Source: an uncultured Pelagibacteraceae bacterium | GTDB lineage: Bacteria > Pseudomonadota > Alphaproteobacteria > Pelagibacterales > Pelagibacteraceae | Direction: 5' to 3' | DNA length: 64,000 nucleotides | Assembly (NCBI GenBank): GCA_902617645.1 | Contig: CACMXM010000001.1 | Location: forward strand, 14,187 to 78,186 | Part shown: positions 20,273-29,882 of the stretch, in pieces | Layout of the letters: each line of letters starts with the position of its first letter | Numbering within the stretch: the stretch's first letter is position 1 | Position numbers and translations under genes: made by a program | Notes under the pieces: model-generated | Database searches by the model: none | Seen by the model: only the letters and a program-made list of their open reading frames with translations | Told to the model about the DNA's origin: nothing

Positions 20273-20946
20273 TATATATTGCCGTAGTTTCTTTTTGTAT
20301 TTTTAAATTTTTTTATTATTTTACTATAATCTTTTTGATTAAAATCCGGCCATAATTTCTTATCAAAATAAATTTCTGAATATGCTAGTTGCCATAGTAA
20401 GAAATTACTAAGTCTTCTTGTATTTCCTGTTCTTATCAGCAGGTCAGGATCTGGTATATTTTTAGTTAGTAAATTTTTTTCGATATTTTGAATATTTATT
20501 TTTTCTTTTTTTTTACTAAGTCCTTTAATTGCATGCAAAAGCTCAAACCTTGATCCATAATTTAATGCCAAATTTATTTGTAATTTTGTATTCCTAGATG
20601 TTTTTTTTTCTGAAATATTTAACAGATGATTTAATTTTTTTGAAAATTTTTTAAATCCAATTATTTTTAGTTTAATATTTTTATTATTTAATTCTTTGAT
20701 TTTTTTTAGCAGAAAATTTTCTAATAAATTAAATAAATAATTTATCTCTTTCTTAGGTCTTTTCCAATTTTCAGTTGAAAAAGCAAACAATGTTAAAAAT
20801 CTAATTTTATTTTTTATTGTTTCTTCAATTATTTTTTCTACGGTTAATAAGCCAGCTTTATGACCTGCATTTCTTGAATTTTTATGTTTTAATCCCCATC
20901 TACCGTTACCATCCATAATAATGGCTACATGATTAAGTGGGTTCAT
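20272..20946 (-). CDS. uppS: Undecaprenyl diphosphate synthase
   Basis: Motifs HVAIIMDGNGRW, AFSTENWKRP and DLLIRTG..RLSNFLLWQ. Confidence 0.97.
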   Translation of the reverse strand: MNPLNHVAIIMDGNGRWGLKHKNSRNAGHKAGLLTVEKIIEETIKNKIRFLTLFAFSTENWKRPKKEINYLFNLLENFLLKKIKELNNKNIKLKIIGFKKFSKKLNHLLNISEKKTSRNTKLQINLALNYGSRFELLHAIKGLSKKKEKINIQNIEKNLLTKNIPDPDLLIRTGNTRRLSNFLLWQLAYSEIYFDKKLWPDFNQKDYSKIIKKFKNTKRNYGNI

Positions 20947-21494
20947 ATTGTCATTATTTCTTTTTCTTTTAGAACGACTTTTTCGTCGATAATTTTTATA
21001 TGAGTATCTGTGAATAATTGTACATCTTTCTCAAATTTTTTTTCTTCATCCTCGGAGATATCTTTTTTTTTTAAGGAATTTTTTAATTCATCATTAGCTT
21101 CTCTTCTTATATTTCTTATAGATATTTTACATTTTTCTCCCATTGCCTTAATCATTTTTTTTATCTCATTTCTTCTTTCTTCACTCAAATCTGGTATAGG
21201 TAGTCTAATTAATTGACCATCAATTTGAGGATTCAACCCTAATTCTGATTTTTTTATAGCAGAGTCAATTAATCCAACATTATTTAAATCCCACACTTGA
21301 ATATTAATTGTTCTCGGTTCTGGTGTAGTAATTGTTCCTAATTGATTAATTGGCATTTTCTGTCCATAGACTTCAACTTTTACTAAGTCTAGCATGTTAG
21401 AATTAGCTCTTCCTGTTCTAAGGGTGTTAAGTTCTTTGTTAAAAACTTCAATTGTCTTGTCCATTTTTTGATTATAACTTTTGATATCAAACAT
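20943..21494 (-). CDS. frr: Ribosome recycling factor
   Basis: Motifs LRTGRA, LGLNP, PDLSEERR and IRNIRR. Confidence 0.98.
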   Translation of the reverse strand: MFDIKSYNQKMDKTIEVFNKELNTLRTGRANSNMLDLVKVEVYGQKMPINQLGTITTPEPRTINIQVWDLNNVGLIDSAIKKSELGLNPQIDGQLIRLPIPDLSEERRNEIKKMIKAMGEKCKISIRNIRREANDELKNSLKKKDISEDEEKKFEKDVQLFTDTHIKIIDEKVVLKEKEIMTI

Positions 21495-22346
21495 CTATTC
21501 TCCAATTTTTAATCTATAAAAATTATCAATTTTAAGACCATCAATATTCATATCTTTTATAATTTCTTTGACCTTTTTCTTAGGTTCCATTACCCAAGGT
21601 TGATTGAGTAAACTGTTTTCTTCTTTAAATTTATTTAGCTTACCTAAACTTATTTTTTTAATAATTTCATCTGGTTTTCCTGAAGATTTTAATTCTTCTG
21701 TTATTAACTCTTGTTCTTTTTTAATTATATCTTCATCAATATCTTCAGAATTTAGTGCAATTGGGTTTGATGCAGCCACATGCATAGCAAGTTGTTTGCC
21801 AAATAATTTGATTTTATCATTTTTTTGATTTGTATTTAAAGATACAATTACAGCTAGCTTTGATAGATTATCTTTTACTACCGTATGCAAATAACTAAAA
21901 TTTAAATTACTTCCGCTTTCAATTGTTTTGGATCTACCAAGTGTTATTTTTTCTCCTATTTTTGCAATGATAGCTATAAGATTTTCATCCACTGTCATTC
22001 CATTTTTCATTTTGGTTTTTTTAAGTTGTTCAATATCTGATTTACATTGAAGATTTATCTCGCTTAACTCTTTAACAAAATAAACGAAGTCATCATTTTT
22101 GGCCACAAAGTCTGTTTCGCAGTTTACTTCGATTAGAGATGTAATATTGTCATTGCCAGATATTGCAACTACACCTTCTTTAGCCTCCCTTGACATTTTT
22201 TTAGACGCTTTTGAAATACCTTTTACTCTAAGAATTTCAGATGCTTTTTCAAGATCTCCATTAGATTCTTTAATTGCTGAACTACAATCTTTAAAGCCAG
22301 CACCAGTACTTTGTCTAAGTTTTTTAATTTTTTCTAAATCACTCAT
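21495..22346 (-). CDS. tsf: Elongation factor Ts
   Basis: Motifs [21 protein letters not shown] and AMHVAA. Confidence 0.98.
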   Translation of the reverse strand: MSDLEKIKKLRQSTGAGFKDCSSAIKESNGDLEKASEILRVKGISKASKKMSREAKEGVVAISGNDNITSLIEVNCETDFVAKNDDFVYFVKELSEINLQCKSDIEQLKKTKMKNGMTVDENLIAIIAKIGEKITLGRSKTIESGSNLNFSYLHTVVKDNLSKLAVIVSLNTNQKNDKIKLFGKQLAMHVAASNPIALNSEDIDEDIIKKEQELITEELKSSGKPDEIIKKISLGKLNKFKEENSLLNQPWVMEPKKKVKEIIKDMNIDGLKIDNFYRLKIGE

Positions 22347-22366
22347 TTATATTTTTTTGATAAAAA

Positions 22367-23107
22367 TTAGTTAGCAGAAGTTTTCTGATTTTTAGTTGCT
22401 TGGTCATCTTCAGAATTTGATGCTTCCTTCTTTGCATTGTCAATTGTTTCTTTAATAAGATTACAATATAAATCTATGGACCTTCTTGCATCATCATTTC
22501 CTGGCACAGGAAAATCTATGCCGTCAGGATTAGAGTTTGTGTCTAATATCGCAATTATGGGTATATTTAATTTAATAGCCTCCTTGATAGCAAGCGACTC
22601 ATAATTTGTATCTATTATAAAAACTAAATCAGGAATATTTTTCATATTACTTATACCGCCTAAAGATCTTTGCAATTTATCACGCTGTATACTCATTTTA
22701 AGTAATTCTTTTTTTGTGAATCCTCTATTTTCCGATACTAAATCGAGATTAATTTTTTCTAATTTCTTAATTGAATTTGAGATTGTGCCCCAGTTTGTTA
22801 ACATACCACCAAGCCATCTATAATTTACATAATATTGATTAGTGTCTTTTGCTAAATCTGATATTGCCTCTGAAGCTTGTTTTTTTGTAGAAATAAACAA
22901 AACTTTTCCATTATTTTTAATTGTGTGAAATATTTTTTCTAAAGCGACATTAATTAATTCTAAAGTTTGTGTTAAATCGATAATATGAATTGAGTCCCTT
23001 TTTCCAAAAATATATTTTTTCATCTTTGGATTCCATCTTAATGTTTTATGACCAAGATGTACTCCTGCCTCTAAAAGTTGTTGTATTGTAACAGTAGGTA
23101 TTTTCAT
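22367..23107 (-). CDS. rpsB: 30S ribosomal protein S2
   Basis: Motifs [25 protein letters not shown] and PGNDDA. Confidence 0.99.
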   Translation of the reverse strand: MKIPTVTIQQLLEAGVHLGHKTLRWNPKMKKYIFGKRDSIHIIDLTQTLELINVALEKIFHTIKNNGKVLFISTKKQASEAISDLAKDTNQYYVNYRWLGGMLTNWGTISNSIKKLEKINLDLVSENRGFTKKELLKMSIQRDKLQRSLGGISNMKNIPDLVFIIDTNYESLAIKEAIKLNIPIIAILDTNSNPDGIDFPVPGNDDARRSIDLYCNLIKETIDNAKKEASNSEDDQATKNQKTSAN

Positions 23108-23113
23108 AGTTAT

Positions 23114-23180
23114 TTCCGGTTAATCCACCACAATCACTTCCATTTAAGGACCGGAGGTATTACACCAATAATTGTGTGCG
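23114..23180 (-). ncRNA. rpsB (S2/t44-type) structured 5' leader RNA
   Basis: On the minus strand CACAAUUAUU pairs with AGUGAUUGUG (10 bp including G-U pairs), and there is an internal GGUGUAAUACC hairpin. UCCGGU (23150-55) can pair with ACCGGA (23115-20) as a pseudoknot just before the start codon. This is the layout of the S2 autoregulatory leader. Confidence 0.8.
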
Positions 23181-23229
23181 TATTTACGTGGGTTTCTACA
23201 TTGTAATCCAAATTTTCACAAGTATTTTT

Positions 23230-26200
23230 TTATACAATATTTGTACTAATACCTTGATTTCTTAATAATTTAATATGGTTCCTATCTATATGTCTTTTAT
23301 TTTTAAGATTAAACACTAGTTCTTTAGTTTCAGAAATAAGTTTGATCTTAACATTAGTATTACCTTGCTTATGAAGTATTTTATCAATTTCTTTCAAATT
23401 TTCTTCAGTATGTACAGAGATTAAAATATTCTCAATTGGCTTATTTATTAAATTTTGCAAGGGCGAAATCTTTCTAACATTATATTTTTTAAATCTATTA
23501 TTTTCATCACTTACATTTTTATTTACTGTAATTAATAATGAATGCCCCTCTTTTAAAAATTCTCTATTAATCTCTAACAGGTCAGAAAAAATAAATAACT
23601 CAAAAACAGACTGACGATCGCTAAATTTTACTATTGCGTAAGAATTGCCTTTTTGAGTTTTCTTTTCTTGAATCTTTAAAACAGTTGCCGCGATGTTAGC
23701 ATCTAATTTATCTATACTGTCTTTAAAATCATTGAAATTGTAAACTTTATAATTTTCTAAAATTTCTGAATATTCGTTAAGTGGATGATCAGAAACAAAA
23801 AAACCAATTGATGAAAATTCTTTTGACAATCTTTCATCGAACTTCCAATCATCAGGATTATTTTCTAATACATCATCATCTTCCTCATCTGTTTGAAATA
23901 AATTTATTTGATTATTTATTTTATTATCATATGTATTTTTAGATTTTAATATAAGTTTAGGAATTGAGTTGTATATTTTTTTTCTATTAATATTAATACT
24001 GTCAAATGCTCCTGCTTTAACAAGACCCTCCAATTGAAGTTTATTAATATCTTTTGGACTAATTCTATTTATAAAATTATTTAAAGAACTAAATTTTCCT
24101 CCCTTTAGTCTTTCTTTCACTATATTAGAAACAGCCTCGTAACCAACATTTTTTATAGCCCCTAACGCATAATAAAAAATATCATTTTTTGATTTAAAAT
24201 CAGCAAAACATTCATTTATATCTGGTCTTTGAATTTTAATTTTCAATCTTTTCAGTTCCTCATAAAATTCGCTTAATTTATTTTGATTAGATATATCCAT
24301 TGTCATAGATGCCGAAAAAAATTCCTTTTGATAATAAGTTTTTAAGTATGCTGTCTGATATGCTATTATAGCATAAGCCGCTGCATGACTTTTGTTAAAG
24401 CCATATTCTGCAAATGGTTCAATTTTTAAAAAAATACTTGCAGCTGTTTCTCTATTAATTCCATTTTTAACCGCACCCTCAATAAATCTTAACTTTTGTT
24501 TTTCAAGTTCCTGTCTTTTCTTTTTACCCATAGCTCTTCTTAAGATGTCAGCCTCTCCTGCTGTGAAACCTGATAATTTTTGTGCAATTTGCATTACTTG
24601 TTCTTGGTATATAATCACGCCGTAAGTAGGTTTAAGTATTTCCTCCAATAAAGGATGCAAATAGTCTGGTTCTTTATTTCCATGTTTGCAATCGTTGTAA
24701 GTAGGAATATTTGCCATTGGACCAGGTCTATATAAGGCGACTAGTGCAATAATGTCCTCTAAATGATTTGGTTTCATTTGTATCAAGGCTTCTCTCATTC
24801 CAGAACTTTCTAATTGAAATAATCCAACTGTATGTCCACATGATAATAATTTAAACACTTTTTGGTCGTCAAAATTAATTTTTTTAATATCAAAATTTTT
24901 ATCGGTTTCCCTTACCATTTTTGATGTATTATTTATTACTGTTAAAGTTTTAAGACCTAAAAAATCAAATTTTATTAGACCTGCATTTTCTGCCGAATAC
25001 ATATCAAATTGAGTCGAGGGTAATAAAAGATTGGAAGAGTTATCTTTATAAAGTGGTACAGAATCCGTTAATTTTTTATCTGCTATAACTACCCCAGCTG
25101 CATGTGTTGCAAAATTTCTGTTTAACCCCTCTAATTTTAATGACAACTCAATCATTTTTTTTACTCTTGTGTCATCTCTAATTAACCTTTGTAGCCTTGG
25201 CTCATTATTAATACACGCAGTTAGACTTTGTGGTCTTGAAGGATCGAAAGGTATCATTTTCGATATTGAGTCTACAAATCCATAGGAAAAACCTAAGACA
25301 CGACCAACGTCTCGAATCACCATTCTTGCTTTAAGTTTACCAAATGTGACTATATGAGCTACACTATTTTTATATTTCGTATTTAAATATTCAAAAACTA
25401 AATCTCTTTTTTCTTCACAAAAATCAATATCAAAATCAGGCATTGAAATTCTATCAGGATTTAAAAATCGTTCGAAAATTAAATTAAATTTTATTGGATC
25501 AACATCGGTGATATCAAGACACCAGGCAACGAGCGACCCTGCTCCAGATCCCCTCCCTGGACCAACTGGTATATTGTTCGCTTTAGCCCATTTTATATAG
25601 TCAGAAACTATCAGGAAATAACTAGAATATTCCATTTTTATTATAATATTTATTTCATGGTTTAACCGTATAAGATACTTTTGATATATTTCATTTTTAT
25701 CAATATTATCTTCATTTATGTTGAAAGTTTCTTTAATTTTATTTTTTAAACCTATAATAGACTCCTCAACTAAAATATTTTTAGGATCTAAGCCTTTTTC
25801 TGAACCGATATTTGGTAGGACAGGTTTTGAAGCCTTTGGTCTAAAATTAATTTTATAAACTAAATTATAATTATTTTCTAATGCCTCAGGTAAATCGTAG
25901 AATAATTCCTCTAATTCATTATCATTTTTTAAATAATGTTGATCTGAAAGTTTTTTTCGACTTTGGTCATTTATATTGGTTTTATTACCTATGCACATCA
26001 AAGCATCATGTGCCTCGTGCATTTCTTTTTCCAAATAATATACCTCATTAGTTGCAATAATAGGAATTTTAAGTTCTTCTGATAGTTTAAGATTTAAATT
26101 TTCAAAATTTTTTTCATTAAAATCATTGTGTCTTTGAATTTCTATATAAAAATCATTTTTAAATTTTTTTTTAAGCAAATTGTACATATCTTCAATTTCA

Positions 26201-26640
26201 GAAATTTTATCTTTTTCAAATAGTTTTCCTGTAAGACTATTCAAAGAACCAGATAAAACTATAATATCACCAGATACAGATAATAATTCTCCAATATCAC
26301 AATGAGGTACGTCCGAATTATCATTCTCTATAAATGATTTTGATGATAGTTGTATAATCGATTTATAACCGATATCAGATTTTGCTATTAAGGGAACTTT
26401 ACCAATAATATCTTTGTATTTAAAATTAACCTGAGTGCCTAGAATTGGTTGTGTGCCACTTTTGGATATATTCTCTGAAAATTCAAGTGCTCCACATAGG
26501 TTAAAAGAATCTGATAAACCCAATACTTTAACTCTTTTTTTTTTACAAAACTCAGATAATTCATCAATTTTCAATGCTCCTTCGCAAATTGAATATTGTG
26601 TATGTATCTTTATATGATTAAATTTATTATAATTTTCCAT
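23230..26640 (-). CDS. dnaE: DNA polymerase III alpha subunit
   Basis: PHP domain (HTQYS), GPGRGSGAGS, FERFLNPDRISMPDFDIDF, KFDFLGL and YGFNKSH. Confidence 0.99.
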   Translation of the reverse strand: MENYNKFNHIKIHTQYSICEGALKIDELSEFCKKKRVKVLGLSDSFNLCGALEFSENISKSGTQPILGTQVNFKYKDIIGKVPLIAKSDIGYKSIIQLSSKSFIENDNSDVPHCDIGELLSVSGDIIVLSGSLNSLTGKLFEKDKISEIEDMYNLLKKKFKNDFYIEIQRHNDFNEKNFENLNLKLSEELKIPIIATNEVYYLEKEMHEAHDALMCIGNKTNINDQSRKKLSDQHYLKNDNELEELFYDLPEALENNYNLVYKINFRPKASKPVLPNIGSEKGLDPKNILVEESIIGLKNKIKETFNINEDNIDKNEIYQKYLIRLNHEINIIIKMEYSSYFLIVSDYIKWAKANNIPVGPGRGSGAGSLVAWCLDITDVDPIKFNLIFERFLNPDRISMPDFDIDFCEEKRDLVFEYLNTKYKNSVAHIVTFGKLKARMVIRDVGRVLGFSYGFVDSISKMIPFDPSRPQSLTACINNEPRLQRLIRDDTRVKKMIELSLKLEGLNRNFATHAAGVVIADKKLTDSVPLYKDNSSNLLLPSTQFDMYSAENAGLIKFDFLGLKTLTVINNTSKMVRETDKNFDIKKINFDDQKVFKLLSCGHTVGLFQLESSGMREALIQMKPNHLEDIIALVALYRPGPMANIPTYNDCKHGNKEPDYLHPLLEEILKPTYGVIIYQEQVMQIAQKLSGFTAGEADILRRAMGKKKRQELEKQKLRFIEGAVKNGINRETAASIFLKIEPFAEYGFNKSHAAAYAIIAYQTAYLKTYYQKEFFSASMTMDISNQNKLSEFYEELKRLKIKIQRPDINECFADFKSKNDIFYYALGAIKNVGYEAVSNIVKERLKGGKFSSLNNFINRISPKDINKLQLEGLVKAGAFDSININRKKIYNSIPKLILKSKNTYDNKINNQINLFQTDEEDDDVLENNPDDWKFDERLSKEFSSIGFFVSDHPLNEYSEILENYKVYNFNDFKDSIDKLDANIAATVLKIQEKKTQKGNSYAIVKFSDRQSVFELFIFSDLLEINREFLKEGHSLLITVNKNVSDENNRFKKYNVRKISPLQNLINKPIENILISVHTEENLKEIDKILHKQGNTNVKIKLISETKELVFNLKNKRHIDRNHIKLLRNQGISTNIV

Positions 26641-27310
26641 TGATGGACCTTATATTACCATCAATCATTTCAATTTTACAATCTGACATTTCAGCAAATT
26701 CTCTATTATGAGTTGCAAAAATAATTAATCTATTTTTATTTCTTAAGTTTAATAAAGTCTTAAATACACTTTTAGCATTTTTTAAATCTAAGTTTCCCGT
26801 AGGTTCATCCGCTAAAATTATTTTTGGTTTATTAATTATTGCTCTTGCAATTGCTACTCTTTGATTCTCACCACCTGATAATTCTGTCGGAAAATGATTT
26901 ACTCTTTTAGAAAGGCCTAAATTTGATAAGATCTTTTTGGCATTTGCTGCAGCTGTTTTAGGATTATTATTTAATGCTAGCTCTGCTAAACTAACATTTT
27001 CTAGTGCTGTAAAATCATTAAGTAAATTATAATTTTGATAAATTATACCGATTGATGAAGATCGATATAAATCGTTAATGTCTTGCTTCTCATAGTTAAT
27101 AATTTTATTTTCTATTGCAATTGATCCAGTGCTGGGTTTATCTATTAAAGATATTAAATTTAATAATGTGGATTTTCCAGATCCAGAAGGTCCAATTAAT
27201 GAATAAATTTTTCCAATTTTAAAGTTCAGACTTATATTACTCAAGGCTTTAATTTTATTTTTTTTAAAAAAAAATTTTGATACTTTTTTAAAAGATATTA
27301 AATTATTCAT
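26627..27310 (-). CDS. lolD: Lipoprotein-releasing ABC transporter ATPase
   Basis: Walker A GPSGSGKS, LSGGE.QRVAIARA and ADEPTGNLD; follows the LolC/E permease. Confidence 0.92.
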   Translation of the reverse strand: MNNLISFKKVSKFFFKKNKIKALSNISLNFKIGKIYSLIGPSGSGKSTLLNLISLIDKPSTGSIAIENKIINYEKQDINDLYRSSSIGIIYQNYNLLNDFTALENVSLAELALNNNPKTAAANAKKILSNLGLSKRVNHFPTELSGGENQRVAIARAIINKPKIILADEPTGNLDLKNAKSVFKTLLNLRNKNRLIIFATHNREFAEMSDCKIEMIDGNIRSINGKL

Positions 27311-28523
27311 ATTTAAGAGATTTGATAGGATCTAATTTAGATGCTTTAATAGCTGGAAATATTGAGACAATAACAGTTGCCGTCACAGAACATATTGAAA
27401 TCAAAATTATAGAATTGACATCTATTTCGGATGGCATTTTGCTTAAAAAATAAATTTCCTCAGGAAATAAAGATATATTGAATATTTTGCTTAGGAAAGA
27501 TCGAATATTTTCAATGTATATCGAAAAGGTAACACCTATTAGAACTCCAAACATTGTTGCAGTCAAACCTATATAAAAACCTACAAGAAAAAAAATTTTT
27601 GTAATGGATTTATTCAAAACTCCTATAGATTTTAGAACAGCAATTTCTTTTGTTTTATTCTTAACCAAAATAGTTAATCCAGAAATTATATTAAATGTAG
27701 CTACAATTATTATTAATGAAAGAATAATAAACATCACATTTCTCTCGACTTTAAGAGCCGAAAATAATGGTTTATTAAGGTCAGCCCATGTATAAATTAA
27801 ATTATTAGGGAATTTTATTTCAAAGAATTTTTTTGCATTTTTAATATTTATTGGATTTTTTAAGAAAATTTCTAAATTTCTTTGTTCATCACCCAAATTG
27901 AGCAAGCTCTCTAAATTATCAATGCTTGTAAAAGCAACATTTCTATCAAAATCAACTAAGCCACTTTCAAAAAAACCAGAAATTTTAAAGATTTCTTGCT
28001 TAGGCAAGTTTCCTATAATTGTTTCTTCCCCTTTTGGAGACATTATTAAGATATTGTCACCTACTTTTAAATCTAAATCAAAACTTAATTCTTTGCCAAG
28101 AATTATATTTTTTTCATTATTGAATTTTATATCTGTCAGATTTTTTTTAAATATAGGTAGATTATTTATTTCTTTTGGTTTGTATCCTCTAATAGAAATA
28201 CCTTTTGTAAAGTTTTCCTTGATTAGAACTACTTCACCTGAATTAGTTTCGAGATATGTGTCCAATAAAGCATCTATTTCATTTCCAAAAATATCTTTTG
28301 TGACCTTTCCATAAGAGTGAACTATAACATGAGAATTAAAACCAACTATTTTACTAATAAGCTCAGATCTAAATCCATTCATTACAGACATTACTATTAT
28401 TAAAACAGCAACCCCAAGAGAAATTCCAATGAAAGAAAAAATTGATATAACGTTTAAAAAACCATCTTTTTTTCTGGTTCTTAAATATCGTAAAGCTATT
28501 TTGTTCTCTAGTTTTGAAATCAA
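27303..28523 (-). CDS. Lipoprotein-releasing ABC transporter permease (single LolC/E, LolF-type)
   Basis: Motifs IALRYLR, GISLGVAVLIIVMSVMNGF and C-terminal PAIKASKLDP...YE. Confidence 0.93.
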   Translation of the reverse strand: MISKLENKIALRYLRTRKKDGFLNVISIFSFIGISLGVAVLIIVMSVMNGFRSELISKIVGFNSHVIVHSYGKVTKDIFGNEIDALLDTYLETNSGEVVLIKENFTKGISIRGYKPKEINNLPIFKKNLTDIKFNNEKNIILGKELSFDLDLKVGDNILIMSPKGEETIIGNLPKQEIFKISGFFESGLVDFDRNVAFTSIDNLESLLNLGDEQRNLEIFLKNPINIKNAKKFFEIKFPNNLIYTWADLNKPLFSALKVERNVMFIILSLIIIVATFNIISGLTILVKNKTKEIAVLKSIGVLNKSITKIFFLVGFYIGLTATMFGVLIGVTFSIYIENIRSFLSKIFNISLFPEEIYFLSKMPSEIDVNSIILISICSVTATVIVSIFPAIKASKLDPIKSLKYE

Positions 28524-29848
28524 TTTTTTTTACTTTGATTTATTAATTGAATTATTTGATCTAGGCTTAAAATTTTTGAATCCTCACCGATATTAATATA
28601 TTCAAAATTATCACCCTCAGTTTTATTTCCTATTATAATTTGAGATGGTATGCCAATTAAATTAAATTTCTTTAATTTCGCTGAAAAATTTTCTTCTGTA
28701 TCATCAATAATATAATCTATATTATTATTTTTTAATTTCTTTGATATATTAATTGCTTTATCTAAATTCTTATTATCACCTTTATTTAAAAATGGTATAA
28801 TAGCACAATCATATGGTGACACTGATTGTGGCCATTTCATTATTTCTTTTTTTTCGTCATATTTAGCCTCAATAATTGCTCCTACTAGCCTAGATACACC
28901 AATTCCATAAGAACCCATTCTTACAAATTCTTTTTTTCCATTATAATCAACACTTGAGTTCATTGGTTTTGAATACTTGTCCCCAAAATAAAAAATGTGA
29001 CCTACCTCTATACCTTTTGTTTTGAGTCTAAATTCCTCAGGAACTTTTTTATTAAATTCTTTTTCGTTAAATTTTTCATCTGTAACTGAATAAAATTTTT
29101 CAAATTCTTTTCTCAAATTTTCTAGTGAGTTTTTTTCAATTTCTGCTTGATCACTGTTTACGTGAAAAATTCTTTTATCTGTATAAATTTTACTTTCACC
29201 AGTATCAGCTAAAATAATAAATTCGTGGGAAAGATTGCCTCCTATTGGTCCAGTATCTGCTGCCATAGGTATTGCTGATAAATCTAATCTTTTAAATGTT
29301 TTTAAATAAGAAAGAAAAAATTTATTATATGAAAATAATGCTTCTTCGTCATTTAAATCAAAAGAATAAGCATCTTTCATATAAAATTCTCTACATCTCA
29401 TAATTCCAAATCTTGGTCTTAATTCATCTCTAAATTTCCATTGTATGTGATAAAGGAGCTGAGGAAGAGACTTATAAGATTTTATACTTGATCTAAAAAT
29501 ATCAGTAATTAGTTCCTCGTTTGTAGGTCCATAAAGTATATCTCTATTTTGTCTATCTTTAATTCTCAACATTTCTTCACCATAATCTTTATATCTTCCA
29601 CTTTCTTTCCAAATATCAGCAGATTGTATTGTTGGCATTAAAATTTCTTGAACTCCAATATTATCTTGTTCTTCTCTCACTACTTGCTCTATTTTTTTCA
29701 TAACTTTAAAACCAAGAGGTAGCCATGAGTAAATGCCTGCCGATGATTGTTTGATCATTCCTGTTCTTAGCATTAATTGGTGAGATTTGATTTTTGCTTC
29801 TGATGGGATATTTTTTAATATTGGGATAAATGATTTTGAAAAGAACAT
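28520..29848 (-). CDS. proS: Proline--tRNA ligase (short form without INS editing domain)
   Basis: Motifs SHQLMLR, WKESGR, GPTNEE, KFRDELRPRFG, GIEVGHIF and MGSYGIGVSR; 442 aa. Confidence 0.97.
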   Translation of the reverse strand: MFFSKSFIPILKNIPSEAKIKSHQLMLRTGMIKQSSAGIYSWLPLGFKVMKKIEQVVREEQDNIGVQEILMPTIQSADIWKESGRYKDYGEEMLRIKDRQNRDILYGPTNEELITDIFRSSIKSYKSLPQLLYHIQWKFRDELRPRFGIMRCREFYMKDAYSFDLNDEEALFSYNKFFLSYLKTFKRLDLSAIPMAADTGPIGGNLSHEFIILADTGESKIYTDKRIFHVNSDQAEIEKNSLENLRKEFEKFYSVTDEKFNEKEFNKKVPEEFRLKTKGIEVGHIFYFGDKYSKPMNSSVDYNGKKEFVRMGSYGIGVSRLVGAIIEAKYDEKKEIMKWPQSVSPYDCAIIPFLNKGDNKNLDKAINISKKLKNNNIDYIIDDTEENFSAKLKKFNLIGIPSQIIIGNKTEGDNFEYINIGEDSKILSLDQIIQLINQSKKN

Positions 29849-29882
29849 AAATTTATTTAATTCTTTAAATTTAAATAATCAA

